Source: Patescibacteria group bacterium
Lineage (GTDB): Bacteria > Patescibacteriota > UBA1384 > XYA2-FULL-43-10 > 1-14-0-10-43-13
DNA: 64,000 bases
Assembly (NCBI GenBank): GCA_041649155.1
Contig: JBAZNP010000001.1
Coordinates: 494,564-558,563 of the forward strand
Reading direction: 5' to 3'
Made by a program: the position numbers and the translations under genes. The notes beneath the pieces were generated by a model. The model made no database searches and was not told where the DNA came from. It saw only the letters and a program-made list of their open reading frames with translations. Positions 50,385 to 59,778 of this stretch are shown here, piece after piece (position 1 is the stretch's first letter; each line of letters starts with the position of its first letter).

Positions 50385-50435
50385 ATAAATAAAAATTGCT
50401 ACATTGCTAAATTGTTGAATTGCTAGGATTACCCA

Positions 50436-50482
50436 ACAATATAACAATAAAACAATATAACAATATAACAATATAACAATTA
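50436..50482 (+). repeat. tandem 8-mer microsatellite (ACAATATA)n
   Basis: acaatataacaataaaacaatataacaatataacaatataacaat. Confidence 0.75.
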
Positions 50483-50489
50483 ATTAAAG

Positions 50490-50759
50490 TTATTTATCGT
50501 CTTTTTTGTTTGAACCGTTGTTGTTCTTTTTTTCTGTTTTGGCTTCTTTAGCTTTGCTGGCTGCTTCCATTCTGGCTTTAAACTTGTCTACGCGTCCGGC
50601 AGTATCAACTAACTTTTGCTTGCCTGTGTAGAATGGGTGACATTGAGAGCAGATTTCAACCTTGATTTCCTTTTCGGTTGATCCAACAGAAAATACTGCG
50701 CCGCAAGCGCATTTAACTTCTGCATCGTTGTAGTATGTTGGATGAATTCCTTGTTTCAT
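50490..50759 (-). CDS. rpmE: 50S ribosomal protein L31 with K-rich C-terminal tail
   Basis: [10 protein letters not shown]...CxC...CxxCHPFYTG. Confidence 0.9.
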   Translation of the reverse strand: MKQGIHPTYYNDAEVKCACGAVFSVGSTEKEIKVEICSQCHPFYTGKQKLVDTAGRVDKFKARMEAASKAKEAKTEKKNNNGSNKKDDK

Positions 50760-51002
50760 TTCATTCTCCGATTGAATTTACTCAATAAGATTAACACAAA
50801 CCTTGTCCTGCGTCAATATTTATGCTAAAGTAATCTTGTTTTTAATAAATCGTCCCGACGTTCATCGGGATAATACACACGCCTATCTCAAAATTCTTCC
50901 CGTCTGGTGGGAGCCAGCCGAGGATTGTTAGGCGGAAGTATAAAGAATTTAATCGATCCCACGTCGCCCCTAGGGGGCTATGCGGGACAGAAAGGAATTG
51001 TT

Positions 51003-51707
51003 ATGGTAAATTTACCGTCTCTACGCGAGATGCTTGATGCTGGTGTTCATTTTGGTCACAAGACCTCTAGATGGCACCCAAAAATGGAGCCTTACATTTT
51101 TATGGCTAAGAACGGGGTTTCTGTTATCAATCTGGAAAAAACAGAGGAAGAACTTAAAAAAGCTGTTGACTATGTTCGTGATTTGGCTGTTTCTGGTAAA
51201 ACCATTGTTTTTATTGGTTCGAAGAAGCAAGCTGGGGAAATTGTTAAAAAGGCAGCAGTTAATTGTGGTATGCCCTACGTTAACTTTCGTTGGGTTGGTG
51301 GAACTTTAACAAACTTTGAGACTGTTAAAGTTGCAATTAAAAAATTCAAAGCACAGAAAGAAGAATTGGAAACATCTAACGCAAAACTTTCCAAAAAGGA
51401 ATTATCCAAGCTTAGAGAAGTTGTTGAAAAAGGCGAAAAACTTTTTGGCGGAATGGTGAATCTTGAAAGAAAGCCTGACGCCTTAATTCTTTTGGGTGTT
51501 CATGATGAAAGAAACGCCTTAAGAGAAGCCAACTTAGAAAAAATTCCTGTTGTTGGTATGGTTGATACAAATATGGATCCAACCAATGTCGCATATCCGG
51601 TTCCTGCAAATGACGATGCTACAAAGTCAATTGAACTATTTGCTAATTTATTTTCACGAGTGATAAAGGAAAATAAAGGCTTGGCTAAAGCTAAAGAAGA
51701 AAAATAA
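51003..51707 (+). CDS. rpsB: 30S ribosomal protein S2
   Basis: MVNLPSLREMLDAGVHFGHKTSRW. RBS AAAGGA. The ORF extends upstream to 50907 with no supporting signals. Confidence 0.9.
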   Translation: MVNLPSLREMLDAGVHFGHKTSRWHPKMEPYIFMAKNGVSVINLEKTEEELKKAVDYVRDLAVSGKTIVFIGSKKQAGEIVKKAAVNCGMPYVNFRWVGGTLTNFETVKVAIKKFKAQKEELETSNAKLSKKELSKLREVVEKGEKLFGGMVNLERKPDALILLGVHDERNALREANLEKIPVVGMVDTNMDPTNVAYPVPANDDATKSIELFANLFSRVIKENKGLAKAKEEK

Positions 51708-51830
51708 ACATACAAAAGGCGAATAAAACGAATAAAAGCTAAAAGTTAAATTCGTTTTTCGCTCAAATTAGTTATATTAGCTTTCTGTATGGTTTTAAAC
51801 AATTAAGAAAGCAATAAATCTTAAAGGAGT
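51703..51830 (+). repeat. conserved leader element shared by tsf and gap (GCGAATAAAACGAATAAAA...TTCGCTYAAATTAGTTATATTAGCTTTCTGTAT)
   Basis: Second copy at 60523-60615. Confidence 0.7.
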
Positions 51831-51833
51831 ATT

Positions 51834-52424
51834 ATGACTATAACTGCAAAACAAATCGCTGAGTTTAGAGCCAAGACTGGTCTTCCTATGATGGAGTGCA
51901 AAAAAGCCCTGACTGAAACAAGTGGCGATGAAGAAAAGGCGTTAGAATTTTTAAGAAAAAAAGGCATAGTTAAAGCAGCGGAGAAATCAGAACGGGACAC
52001 TAAAGCTGGTTTGATTGAGTCTTACATTCATAATGGTGGAAGAATCGGGGTTTTGGTTGAAGTTCTATCTGAAACCGATTTTGTAGCCAAGAATGAGGAA
52101 TTTAAATCATTTGTTCATGACATAGCTCTTCATATCGCAGCTGTAAATCCAAAATATGTCTCGAAAGAAGAAGTTCCAGCTGAAGAGATTAAAGAGCAAA
52201 AGAAAAATTTAGAAGAACAAGTTGCTGGCGAAAACAAGCCTGCTGAGATTGTTGAAAAAATCATTAGCGGTAAACTTGAAAAATATTATTCTGAAATTTG
52301 TCTTTTAAACCAGCCCTATGTCAAAGATCCGGATATTACTGTTGGCGAGCTTCTTTCTAGTAAGATACAAAAAATTGGTGAAAATATTGTAATTTCCCGT
52401 TTTGTTCGATTTGAAATTGCTTAG
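51834..52424 (+). CDS. tsf: elongation factor Ts (short form)
   Basis: ITAKQIAEFRAKTGLPMMECKKAL is the UBA-like N-terminus. Confidence 0.9.
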   Translation: MTITAKQIAEFRAKTGLPMMECKKALTETSGDEEKALEFLRKKGIVKAAEKSERDTKAGLIESYIHNGGRIGVLVEVLSETDFVAKNEEFKSFVHDIALHIAAVNPKYVSKEEVPAEEIKEQKKNLEEQVAGENKPAEIVEKIISGKLEKYYSEICLLNQPYVKDPDITVGELLSSKIQKIGENIVISRFVRFEIA

Positions 52425-52456
52425 TAGTGTGTTAGAATTAGGTGAGGATATCAAAT

Positions 52457-52506
52457 TTTAGTCCCGATGTAATATCGGAATTGCAATCGTTGAAATTCGA
52501 CAATCC
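52457..52506 (+). repeat. intergenic repeat family 2, copy 2
   Basis: GTCCCGATGTAATATCGGAATTGCAATCGTTGAAATTCGACAATCC. Confidence 0.7.
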
Positions 52507-52531
52507 TTACCTAATTTTGAACAGGAATATC

Positions 52532-53245
52532 ATGGCAAAATTAAAATACAAACGCGTACTATTAAAACTCTCAGGGGAAGTTCTTTTGGGGTCACAGGAT
52601 TTTGGTATTGATCCGGAGGTTGCTGATTTTATCGCCTCTGAAATAAAAGACCTTGTAAAAATTAAGGCGAAAGTCGTGATCGTTTTTGGCGGTGGCAATA
52701 TTTCAAGAGGTCGTGATGCACATCATAAAGGATATGACAGGATTACTGGTGATCGAATTGGGATGCTTGGAATTGTTATGAATTCCCTGGCTCTAGGTAA
52801 TGCTTTAAGCAAGATTGACGTTGCCAATAAAGTATATTCTGCTGTTGATATGCCAAAAATCTGTGCCAGCTATTCTCACGAGAAAGCTTTAGATGATCTG
52901 GAAGATGGTAAAGTAGTGATCATCGGTGGCGGGACAGGTAGCTTTCATTTTTCGACTGATACTGCGGCGGCGCTTAGGGCATGCGAACTTGATTGCCAAG
53001 TGGTTTTAAAGGCAACCAAGGTTGACGGTGTCTACGATAAAGATCCGCAAAAATTTTCCGAAGCTAAAAAGATTTCTGAACTGCATTATCTTGATCTTAT
53101 TAATAATGATTATAAGGTAATGGATTTTACAGCTGTAACATTGTGCATGGACAACAAACTACCTATTCTGGTATTTGAATTAATGAAACGAGGAAACATT
53201 AAAAGAGCAGTTTCTGGTGAAAAAATTGGAACAATAATCGATTAG
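52532..53245 (+). CDS. pyrH: UMP kinase
   Basis: KYKRVLLKLSGE, GGGN. RBS AGGAA. The ORF extends upstream through a repeat. Confidence 0.9.
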   Translation: MAKLKYKRVLLKLSGEVLLGSQDFGIDPEVADFIASEIKDLVKIKAKVVIVFGGGNISRGRDAHHKGYDRITGDRIGMLGIVMNSLALGNALSKIDVANKVYSAVDMPKICASYSHEKALDDLEDGKVVIIGGGTGSFHFSTDTAAALRACELDCQVVLKATKVDGVYDKDPQKFSEAKKISELHYLDLINNDYKVMDFTAVTLCMDNKLPILVFELMKRGNIKRAVSGEKIGTIID

Positions 53246-53353
53246 CAATACTAATTACAAATATACAAATTATTACAAAAAGTACGTGAAAGAATTAATA
53301 CCCCAGTTAAATAATTTCCCTTTGGTCAATATTTAACGGGGCAAGGGAGTAAC

Positions 53354-53911
53354 ATGATAGATCAAATAATTACAGATATTAAGCCAAAAATGAAGAGCGC
53401 TATTGACAATTTAACTACTGAATTACAGAGAGTCAGGACTGGAAGAGCGAACGCCAGTATTTTGGATGGAATTTCAGTCCCATATTATGGGTCTACTTCT
53501 TCGATCAGAGAAATGGCTTCAATCACAATTCCAGAACCTACTGTGATTGCAATTAAACCTTGGGACAGGAATGCTTTATCTGACATTGAAACGGCGATCA
53601 GGTCCTCTGACATTGGTTTGTCTCCCATCAATGATGGTGTTCAGGTAAGATTGGTTTTGCCTCAAATGACCGAAGAAAGAAGGAAGGAAATAGTCGGTCA
53701 AGTGAAGAAAATGGGGGAAGATGCCAAAGTTTCAATTAGAAATGTTCGTGGCGACGCATGGACAAAGGTTCAACAGGCGGTGAAGAAAAATGAGGCAACC
53801 GAAGATGATAAATACGGTGCCGAAGAAGAGTTGAACAAATTGACATTGGAAAAAAACAAAGAAATTGACAAAATAATTTCTGACAAAGAAATAGAAATAA
53901 TGAAGATTTAA
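53354..53911 (+). CDS. frr: ribosome recycling factor
   Basis: RRF pattern and the rpsB-tsf-pyrH-frr gene order. Confidence 0.9.
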   Translation: MIDQIITDIKPKMKSAIDNLTTELQRVRTGRANASILDGISVPYYGSTSSIREMASITIPEPTVIAIKPWDRNALSDIETAIRSSDIGLSPINDGVQVRLVLPQMTEERRKEIVGQVKKMGEDAKVSIRNVRGDAWTKVQQAVKKNEATEDDKYGAEEELNKLTLEKNKEIDKIISDKEIEIMKI

Positions 53912-53924
53912 TAGAGATTTTTAT

Positions 53925-55010
53925 ATGATTCTCACTATAGTTGTGTTTTTGCTTGTAATCGGTGTTTTAATTCTGGTTCATGAATTTGGCCATTTTATTA
54001 TGGCTAAAAAAGTCGGCGTTAAAGTCGAGGAATTTGCTATCGGGTTTCCTCCAAGATTGTTTTCAAAGAAAAAAGGTGAAACCGAATATTCTATAAATGC
54101 TATTCCGCTTGGCGGTTATGTTAAAATGCTTGGCGAGCTTGAGCATTCAAAAGATAAACGGGCATTTGAAAATCAGACTCCTGGAAAACGTTTTTCTATT
54201 GCGGTAGCCGGCGTGGTAATGAACTTAATTTTAGCTTGGGTTATATTAACCATTGGTTTTGCAGCCGGAATGTCGCCGATCGTTTCTTCGCCGGATGCAA
54301 TTCCAGGCAAGAAACTTTCTTCTGAAATTATTTTTGCTGACGTTAGTCCTAACTCTTCTGCTGAAAAAGCCGGAATTTTGTCCGGAGATGTGGCAATATC
54401 TGCTACATCGAGCGGAGAATTGGTGGAATTTTCATCCTTAGACCAATTTGATAAATATAACAGCGATCACAAAAATCAGGTTGTAAAATATCAGATCAAA
54501 AGAGACGGTAATACGATTGAAAAAGAGGCCGCGCTCTCTGACGATAGTGATTCACAACTGGGAGTGGCAATTATTGAGAAAGCGGTCATAAGGGTTCCAT
54601 GGTACAAGGCTCCTTATGTTGCATTGCATGAGACATATGAAATTGTAAAATTGACATTCGAATTTTTCGGCAGCTTTGTAAGTAAGTTATTCTCAACTGG
54701 GACGGTGGAAGAGGGTGTCGGCGGTCCGGTTGCGATCTATGTCTATACTGGCATGGCGGTTAAGGCAGGAGCAATGGTGCTTTTACAATTCGTTGCTCTT
54801 CTTTCAATCAATTTAGCAGTTATAAATATTTTACCTTTTCCGGCTTTGGATGGCGGAAGATTGGTATTTATTTTACTTGAGAAAATCTTTAAAAAAAGAG
54901 TAGTTAAAGAGAAGGTTGAAAACACTATTCATCTTGTCGGCTATGCCCTACTCATTCTTCTAATAGTAGCCATCACATATAGAGATATCGCAAATTTATT
55001 TCACAAATAA
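53925..55010 (+). CDS. rseP: site-2 protease RseP (M50 with PDZ)
   Basis: HEFGHFIMAK (HExxH), PDZ, LDGG motif. Confidence 0.85.
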   Translation: MILTIVVFLLVIGVLILVHEFGHFIMAKKVGVKVEEFAIGFPPRLFSKKKGETEYSINAIPLGGYVKMLGELEHSKDKRAFENQTPGKRFSIAVAGVVMNLILAWVILTIGFAAGMSPIVSSPDAIPGKKLSSEIIFADVSPNSSAEKAGILSGDVAISATSSGELVEFSSLDQFDKYNSDHKNQVVKYQIKRDGNTIEKEAALSDDSDSQLGVAIIEKAVIRVPWYKAPYVALHETYEIVKLTFEFFGSFVSKLFSTGTVEEGVGGPVAIYVYTGMAVKAGAMVLLQFVALLSINLAVINILPFPALDGGRLVFILLEKIFKKRVVKEKVENTIHLVGYALLILLIVAITYRDIANLFHK

Positions 55011-55034
55011 CCCCCCATCTAGTTTATATTAAAT

Positions 55035-55108
55035 GTCATTTCGACCCCCCGGCTTGTCGGGGTTGGAGAAATTTTATCAAAAGATCCCTCGACTACGCTC
55101 GGGATGAC
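55035..55108 (+). repeat. palindromic element family 1, copy H
   Basis: GTCATTTCGACCCCCCGGCTTGTCGGGGTTGGAGAAATTTTATCAAAAGATCCCTCGACTACGCTCGGGATGACAATGG. Confidence 0.85.
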
Positions 55109-55120
55109 AATGGAGAAACT

Positions 55121-56344
55121 ATGAAACAATCACAACTTTTCTTCAAAACCCGAAAAGAGGTTCCTGCTGATGCCGATTCAATAAACGCATCTTATTTGGT
55201 GCGGGCTGGTTTTGTTCATAAACATATGGCTGGTGTGTATGCGCTTCTGCCGCTTGGCTCAAGAGTTTATCGTAAAATTGAAAATATTATTCGAGAGGAA
55301 ATGGACGCTGTTGGCGGACAAGAAATACTAATGAATGTATTGCAGCCGAAAGAACTCTGGGAAGAAACAAATCGATGGGAGTCGGCGATTGATGTTTTTT
55401 ATAAATTAAAAGACAGTCGTGGCAAAGAGTTAAATTTAGCTCCGACACACGAAGAAGAAGTTACGGATATTGTTCGAAAAAATATTGGATCATATAAAGA
55501 ATTACCGTTTAGCTTGTATCAGATCCAAACCAAGTTCCGAAATGAACCAAGAGTTAAGTCCGGTCTTTTACGCGGCCGTGAATTTATAATGAAAGATATG
55601 TACAGCTTTTCGGAAAGTCAGGAACAACACGACAAATTTTATGAAAAAGTCATACCATCTTACTTTAATGTTTTCAAAAGACTTGGTTTGAATGCCAAAC
55701 TTGTGGAGGCATCGGGCGGTATTTTTTCCAAATATTCTCATGAATTTCAGGTTATAACCCCAGTTGGCGAAGATACAATTTTTTATTGTGACAAATGTGA
55801 TTTTGCTCAGAATAAAGAGATTGCGGAAGTCAAAGATGGCGATAAATGTCCAAAATGCGATGGGAAAATTAAGAGTGATCGTGGGATTGAAGTCGGCAAT
55901 ATTTTTCCTCTTAAAAACAGATTTTCTGAACCAATGAAAGCAACTTTCCTTGATAAAGACGGCAAAGAACAGAATTTTATTATGGGATGCTACGGTATCG
56001 GTTTGACTAGGAGTCTGGCCACTATTGTTGAAATATATTATGATTCGACAAAAAACAAGATGATCTGGCCGGAGGAAGTTGCTCCATATCAAATTCATCT
56101 ATTGTCTTTAAATAAAAACGAAGAAGCTGATAAATTGTATGAAAAACTCATAAAAGACGGTGTTGAAGTTTTGTATGACGATAGAAACATGTCAGCTGGA
56201 GAAAAATTTGCAGAAGCTGATTTGGTTGGTTGTCCAAAAAGAATTATTGTTTCTGAAAAGTCTCTAAAAAGTGGTGGCGTTGAAGTAACTGATGTAAAGA
56301 CGAGCAAATCAGAAATCCAGAAAATAGAATCACTTAAGATATAA
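55121..56344 (+). CDS. proS: proline--tRNA ligase, minimal form without INS editing domain, with Cys4 insert
   Basis: Class II motifs (FRNEPRVKSGLLRGREFIMKDMYSF) and a C-terminal anticodon-binding domain, at 407 aa. Confidence 0.8.
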   Translation: MKQSQLFFKTRKEVPADADSINASYLVRAGFVHKHMAGVYALLPLGSRVYRKIENIIREEMDAVGGQEILMNVLQPKELWEETNRWESAIDVFYKLKDSRGKELNLAPTHEEEVTDIVRKNIGSYKELPFSLYQIQTKFRNEPRVKSGLLRGREFIMKDMYSFSESQEQHDKFYEKVIPSYFNVFKRLGLNAKLVEASGGIFSKYSHEFQVITPVGEDTIFYCDKCDFAQNKEIAEVKDGDKCPKCDGKIKSDRGIEVGNIFPLKNRFSEPMKATFLDKDGKEQNFIMGCYGIGLTRSLATIVEIYYDSTKNKMIWPEEVAPYQIHLLSLNKNEEADKLYEKLIKDGVEVLYDDRNMSAGEKFAEADLVGCPKRIIVSEKSLKSGGVEVTDVKTSKSEIQKIESLKI

Positions 56345-56451
56345 ATATAGTTTAACCGATCATGGAAAAGTATAACTCAGACTAAAATACGAGTTATACT
56401 TTTTTTGCAGTATCATGGTTTTTCGATTCAATAAGTGTTATATAGTTAGTA

Positions 56452-57942
56452 ATGACAAAAAAAATATCAGACGTCGCATCCACCGAAGATGGAGCAGGCG
56501 CCCCTGCTCTCGATGAAAGCGAAATGCGGGGAAAAATCAAAGACTTTCCCAAAGCTCCGGGGATTTATCAATTTATCGATGATGACGGTAAGATTTTGTA
56601 TATTGGCAAAGCGAAAAATCTGCAGAATAGGATAAAATCATACTTTTTAAAAGAAGTTGGCAGGGGTCCGGCAATTGATTTAATGATCCAACTAGCAAAA
56701 GATATCAAATGGACAACAACGGAGAGCGAGATTGAAGCCATTTTGCTTGAAGCGGAATTAATTAATAAACTGAAACCGAAGTATAATGTTCGTTTGAGGG
56801 ATGATAAGTCATTCTTGGTAATTAAGATTGCCAAGAAAATTTCTAATTCCAAATATTCTTCGAGCGATAGCGAGAAGTCTGGAAATAGAGTTCTCGGCAA
56901 AGCCTCGAACAATAATATTGATAATTGGCAAAATTTTCCATGTGTTGAGCTTGTTCGATTTAAGGATGTTGATTTTTCTGACAAGTCCGCGGATTACTTT
57001 GGGCCGTACCCATCGGGACTGCTTTTAAAGAAATCGATAAATTATTTAAGAAAAGTATTTCCTTTTCGGGATTGTTCTAAAACAAAATATAATACATACC
57101 GCAAAAAAGGCCGACCCTGCATTTATGGTGACATACGGGTTTGCACCGCGCCTTGTGTCGGCTGGGTAAATGAGAAAGAATATCAAAAAAATATTAATTA
57201 CTTTAAAGACTTTTTGCGCGGTAAAAAGGGGTCTATTATTAAAAAATTAAAAACTCAAATGCAAGATCTTAGTAAGGCTAAGCGTTTTGAAGAAGCTGGT
57301 CTTGTTCGAAATAAGCTTAATGCTTTGGATCACATGAAAGATGTTGCGGTTGGCTTGCGAGACGATGCTTTTAACGGTGAAAACATTATTTTTCCAAGAA
57401 TTGAGTGTTACGACATTTCAAATATTGGGGAGTCATATGTTGTTGGTTCCATGGTTGTATTTAAAGACGGAAAACCTAGCACAGACGATTATCGTAAATT
57501 TAAGATTAAGAATAAACCTACATTGTCATTCCAGCCTGTAGCTCGAGAGCTGGAATCCAGGAAAGGGGAAACTGGATCCCAGATCGAGTCTGGGATGACG
57601 CATAGTGGAGAAAGCGATTTATCAAGATTGAACGAAATGCTAGACCGCCGTTTTAAAAACGATTGGCCGCTTCCAAATTTGATCGTGATTGATGGTGGAG
57701 AAAATCAGTTAAGAGTGGCAACAGATATATTAAAAAAACATAGCTTAAATATTCCGGCAGTTTCTATTTCAAAAGGGAAAAGAAGAGATAAAAACGAATT
57801 TCATTTTTCTGATGAAGCAACCGCAAAATATATTAGTAAAAATGTTTCTTTGCAAAATGTGCTGATTCAAGCACGTGACGAAGCCCATCGCTTTGCCATA
57901 AATTATTATCGATCTCTGCATAAAAAAGGGTTGTTTAAATGA
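56452..57942 (+). CDS. uvrC: UvrC-like excinuclease (GIY-YIG + UvrC core + RNase H-like domain; no C-terminal HhH2)
   Basis: GIYQFIDDDGKILYIGKAKNL, UVR-like FEEAGLVRNKLNAL, ECYDISNIGESYVVGSMVVFKDGKP, IDGGENQL, RDEAHRFAI. Carries two in-frame repeat elements. Confidence 0.8.
   Translation: MTKKISDVASTEDGAGAPALDESEMRGKIKDFPKAPGIYQFIDDDGKILYIGKAKNLQNRIKSYFLKEVGRGPAIDLMIQLAKDIKWTTTESEIEAILLEAELINKLKPKYNVRLRDDKSFLVIKIAKKISNSKYSSSDSEKSGNRVLGKASNNNIDNWQNFPCVELVRFKDVDFSDKSADYFGPYPSGLLLKKSINYLRKVFPFRDCSKTKYNTYRKKGRPCIYGDIRVCTAPCVGWVNEKEYQKNINYFKDFLRGKKGSIIKKLKTQMQDLSKAKRFEEAGLVRNKLNALDHMKDVAVGLRDDAFNGENIIFPRIECYDISNIGESYVVGSMVVFKDGKPSTDDYRKFKIKNKPTLSFQPVARELESRKGETGSQIESGMTHSGESDLSRLNEMLDRRFKNDWPLPNLIVIDGGENQLRVATDILKKHSLNIPAVSISKGKRRDKNEFHFSDEATAKYISKNVSLQNVLIQARDEAHRFAINYYRSLHKKGLFK
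56477..56531 (+). repeat. in-frame palindromic element family 3, copy in the UvrC-like gene N-terminus
   Basis: CATCCACCGAAGATGGAGCAGGCGCCCCTGCTCTCGATGAAAGCGAAATGCGGGGA encodes ASTEDGAGAPALDESEMRG. Confidence 0.8.
57525..57603 (+). repeat. palindromic element family 1-related, copy I, in-frame inside the UvrC-like gene
   Basis: GTCATTCCAGCCTGTAGCTCGAGAGCTGGAATC...GGATCCCAGATCGAGTCTGGGATGACGCAT, close to the intergenic copy at 58601-58677. Confidence 0.8.
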
Positions 57943-57949
57943 GAAAAAC

Positions 57950-57980
57950 CCGCCTTTTTGGGGCGGGCCTTCGGTGGCAG
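57950..57980 (-). terminator. rho-independent terminator (lipoprotein gene; also ends the UvrC-like transcript)
   Basis: CCCGCC-tttttg-GGGCGGG with AAAAA/TTTTT flanks. Confidence 0.7.
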
Positions 57981-57985
57981 AAAGA

Positions 57986-58441
57986 TCACTTCGTAGCACG
58001 TGCATGTTCAATGGCCTTCACCTTCCACTCCGTGCCGATAGTATCGGCTACTTCCTGAGCGAAGCCTATCGCGTCTATGTTGTCGGTAAGGTTCTCATGG
58101 AAAGTGTTACCGTTCTTGTCGGTAATAGTCACATTTGTGCTAAGTGAGCTAGGCTTAGAGGTGATTACCAGACTAGCAGTTTTCCTTGAGGCTCGCTGAG
58201 CTCCATTCATGATAAGGACCTCAAATACCTTTGTGGGGATTTCTTGCCCTTTCGATGCATTGAATATAGTCTCGTGCACCAGATTATTAGCAAGAAGAGC
58301 GTACTGGGCCGACACAGGGAGTTTTTTGAACTCCTTGACCATGGCGACTTGTTCGATAGTAAGAGGCTTTGTTTCCTCTTTGTTGCCACAACCGGCAATA
58401 ATGACGATAATTACTACTAAAATTGCTAATCTCAGTCTCAT
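57986..58441 (-). CDS. hypothetical lipoprotein
   Basis: Signal peptide MRLRLAILVVIIVIIAGC with a lipobox. RBS GAAAGG. The ORF extends to 58492. Confidence 0.55.
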   Translation of the reverse strand: MRLRLAILVVIIVIIAGCGNKEETKPLTIEQVAMVKEFKKLPVSAQYALLANNLVHETIFNASKGQEIPTKVFEVLIMNGAQRASRKTASLVITSKPSSLSTNVTITDKNGNTFHENLTDNIDAIGFAQEVADTIGTEWKVKAIEHARATK

Positions 58442-58600
58442 AGTTACCTTTCGATTCCACACCTCGTTCCGAGGCCAGTGGAGTGAAAACACTATTTACC
58501 TTATATCATATTTATATGTTTTTGTCAATATTTATTCAATTCTGGATTGCGAAAAGGTAATTAGCGTATTATAATGGAAGTACTTAAATAAAATTCGGTC

Positions 58601-58677
58601 GTCATTCCAGTCTGTGGCTTGGAGCTGGAATCTATATAAATAATCTTCTGGATCCCAGATCAAGTCTGGGATGACGC
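58601..58677 (+). repeat. palindromic element family 1-related, copy J
   Basis: GTCATTCCAGTCTGTGGCTTGGAGCTGGAATC...GGATCCCAGATCAAGTCTGGGATGACGC. Confidence 0.8.
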
Positions 58678-58692
58678 TAAAGGCACAATTTT

Positions 58693-59727
58693 ATGGTTAA
58701 ATCTTTTCTAAAAAAATGGTGGAATGATCTCAAATATGATCCGGGTGATCCTCGTCAATTGGCTGGCGGGCGTATTCGTGTTGCTGCAATTGGTGGAGGT
58801 ACAGGATTGGCCACATTGCTTCGTGGTTTGAAGGATTATTCTAATGATATTTCAGCAATTGTCTCAGTAGCAGACAACGGAGCTTCTTCGGGAGAAATCA
58901 GGAAAGAGTTCGACATATTGCCCCCTGGCGATATCCGTAAATGCATTTCGGCTTTGGCTTATGATGAGAAACTAGTTTCTGAACTATTAGAATATAGATT
59001 TGAAAAGGGCAATAATTCTTTTTCCGGCCATACGTTAGGAAACATCTGGATTACTGGACTTGCAAACTATTTTGGATCATTTGAAAAAGCACTTGAAGTA
59101 ACGACCGAACTTTTCAAAACTGCCGGCAAAGTTTTACCTGCCACACTTGATGATATTGATATAAAAATAGAGTATGAAGACGGAGATGTCTTAACCGGTG
59201 AAGTTCACTTAGACGAAGTCTTGAAAAAAATAAAAAAGATATTCCTAAGCAAGGAAAGTCCTAAGGCTTATGATGGCTCTCTCAGGGCTTTAGCGGAGGC
59301 TGATTTAATTATTATTGGTCCTGGCAGTTTGTATGGTAGTATAATTCCCAATTTGCTTATTCCTGGGATAAAAAAGGCAATTTTAAACAATAAAAAAGCG
59401 ATAAAGGTTTATATAGCCAATTCTTCTACTGAAAGAACTCAGACTCGGGATTATTCTATAGACGATCATATTAAAGTCATAAATGATCATACTTTGGAAA
59501 GACTGTTTGATTATTGCTTGGTTAATGATAAGGTTCTTAAAAGTTCATCGGAACAGTCCAAACTTGGAGAGATAAATAATATTACTACAGATAAAGAAAA
59601 AATCGATGAAGTGCAGATAGTTAAGGGTGATTTAATAAACGAGAAAAATCCTCTTTATCATGATTCGGAAAAATTATCTAAAGCGGTTGTTGAGTTATAC
59701 AATAAATTTAAAGATAACAGAATATAG
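58693..59727 (+). CDS. YvcK/CofD-like gluconeogenesis factor family protein (UPF0052)
   Basis: RVAAIGGGTGLATLLRGLK...VADNGASSGEIR is the YvcK signature. Confidence 0.85.
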   Translation: MVKSFLKKWWNDLKYDPGDPRQLAGGRIRVAAIGGGTGLATLLRGLKDYSNDISAIVSVADNGASSGEIRKEFDILPPGDIRKCISALAYDEKLVSELLEYRFEKGNNSFSGHTLGNIWITGLANYFGSFEKALEVTTELFKTAGKVLPATLDDIDIKIEYEDGDVLTGEVHLDEVLKKIKKIFLSKESPKAYDGSLRALAEADLIIIGPGSLYGSIIPNLLIPGIKKAILNNKKAIKVYIANSSTERTQTRDYSIDDHIKVINDHTLERLFDYCLVNDKVLKSSSEQSKLGEINNITTDKEKIDEVQIVKGDLINEKNPLYHDSEKLSKAVVELYNKFKDNRI

Positions 59728-59778
59728 ATAACTGTTATCCGTCCAACTGTATTCTGTTTACTAAAAAAGGAGGGGAAT

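Noticed and set aside
50436-50482. Possible CRISPR array (tandem repeats)
   Set aside because: The unit is only 8 nt, with no spacers. This is a microsatellite, not CRISPR. No cas genes are present.
55568-56307. Minus-strand ORFs 55568..56098 (176 aa) and 56095..56307 opposite proS
   Set aside because: Antisense to ProRS. F/I-rich translation typical of AT-rich antisense frames.
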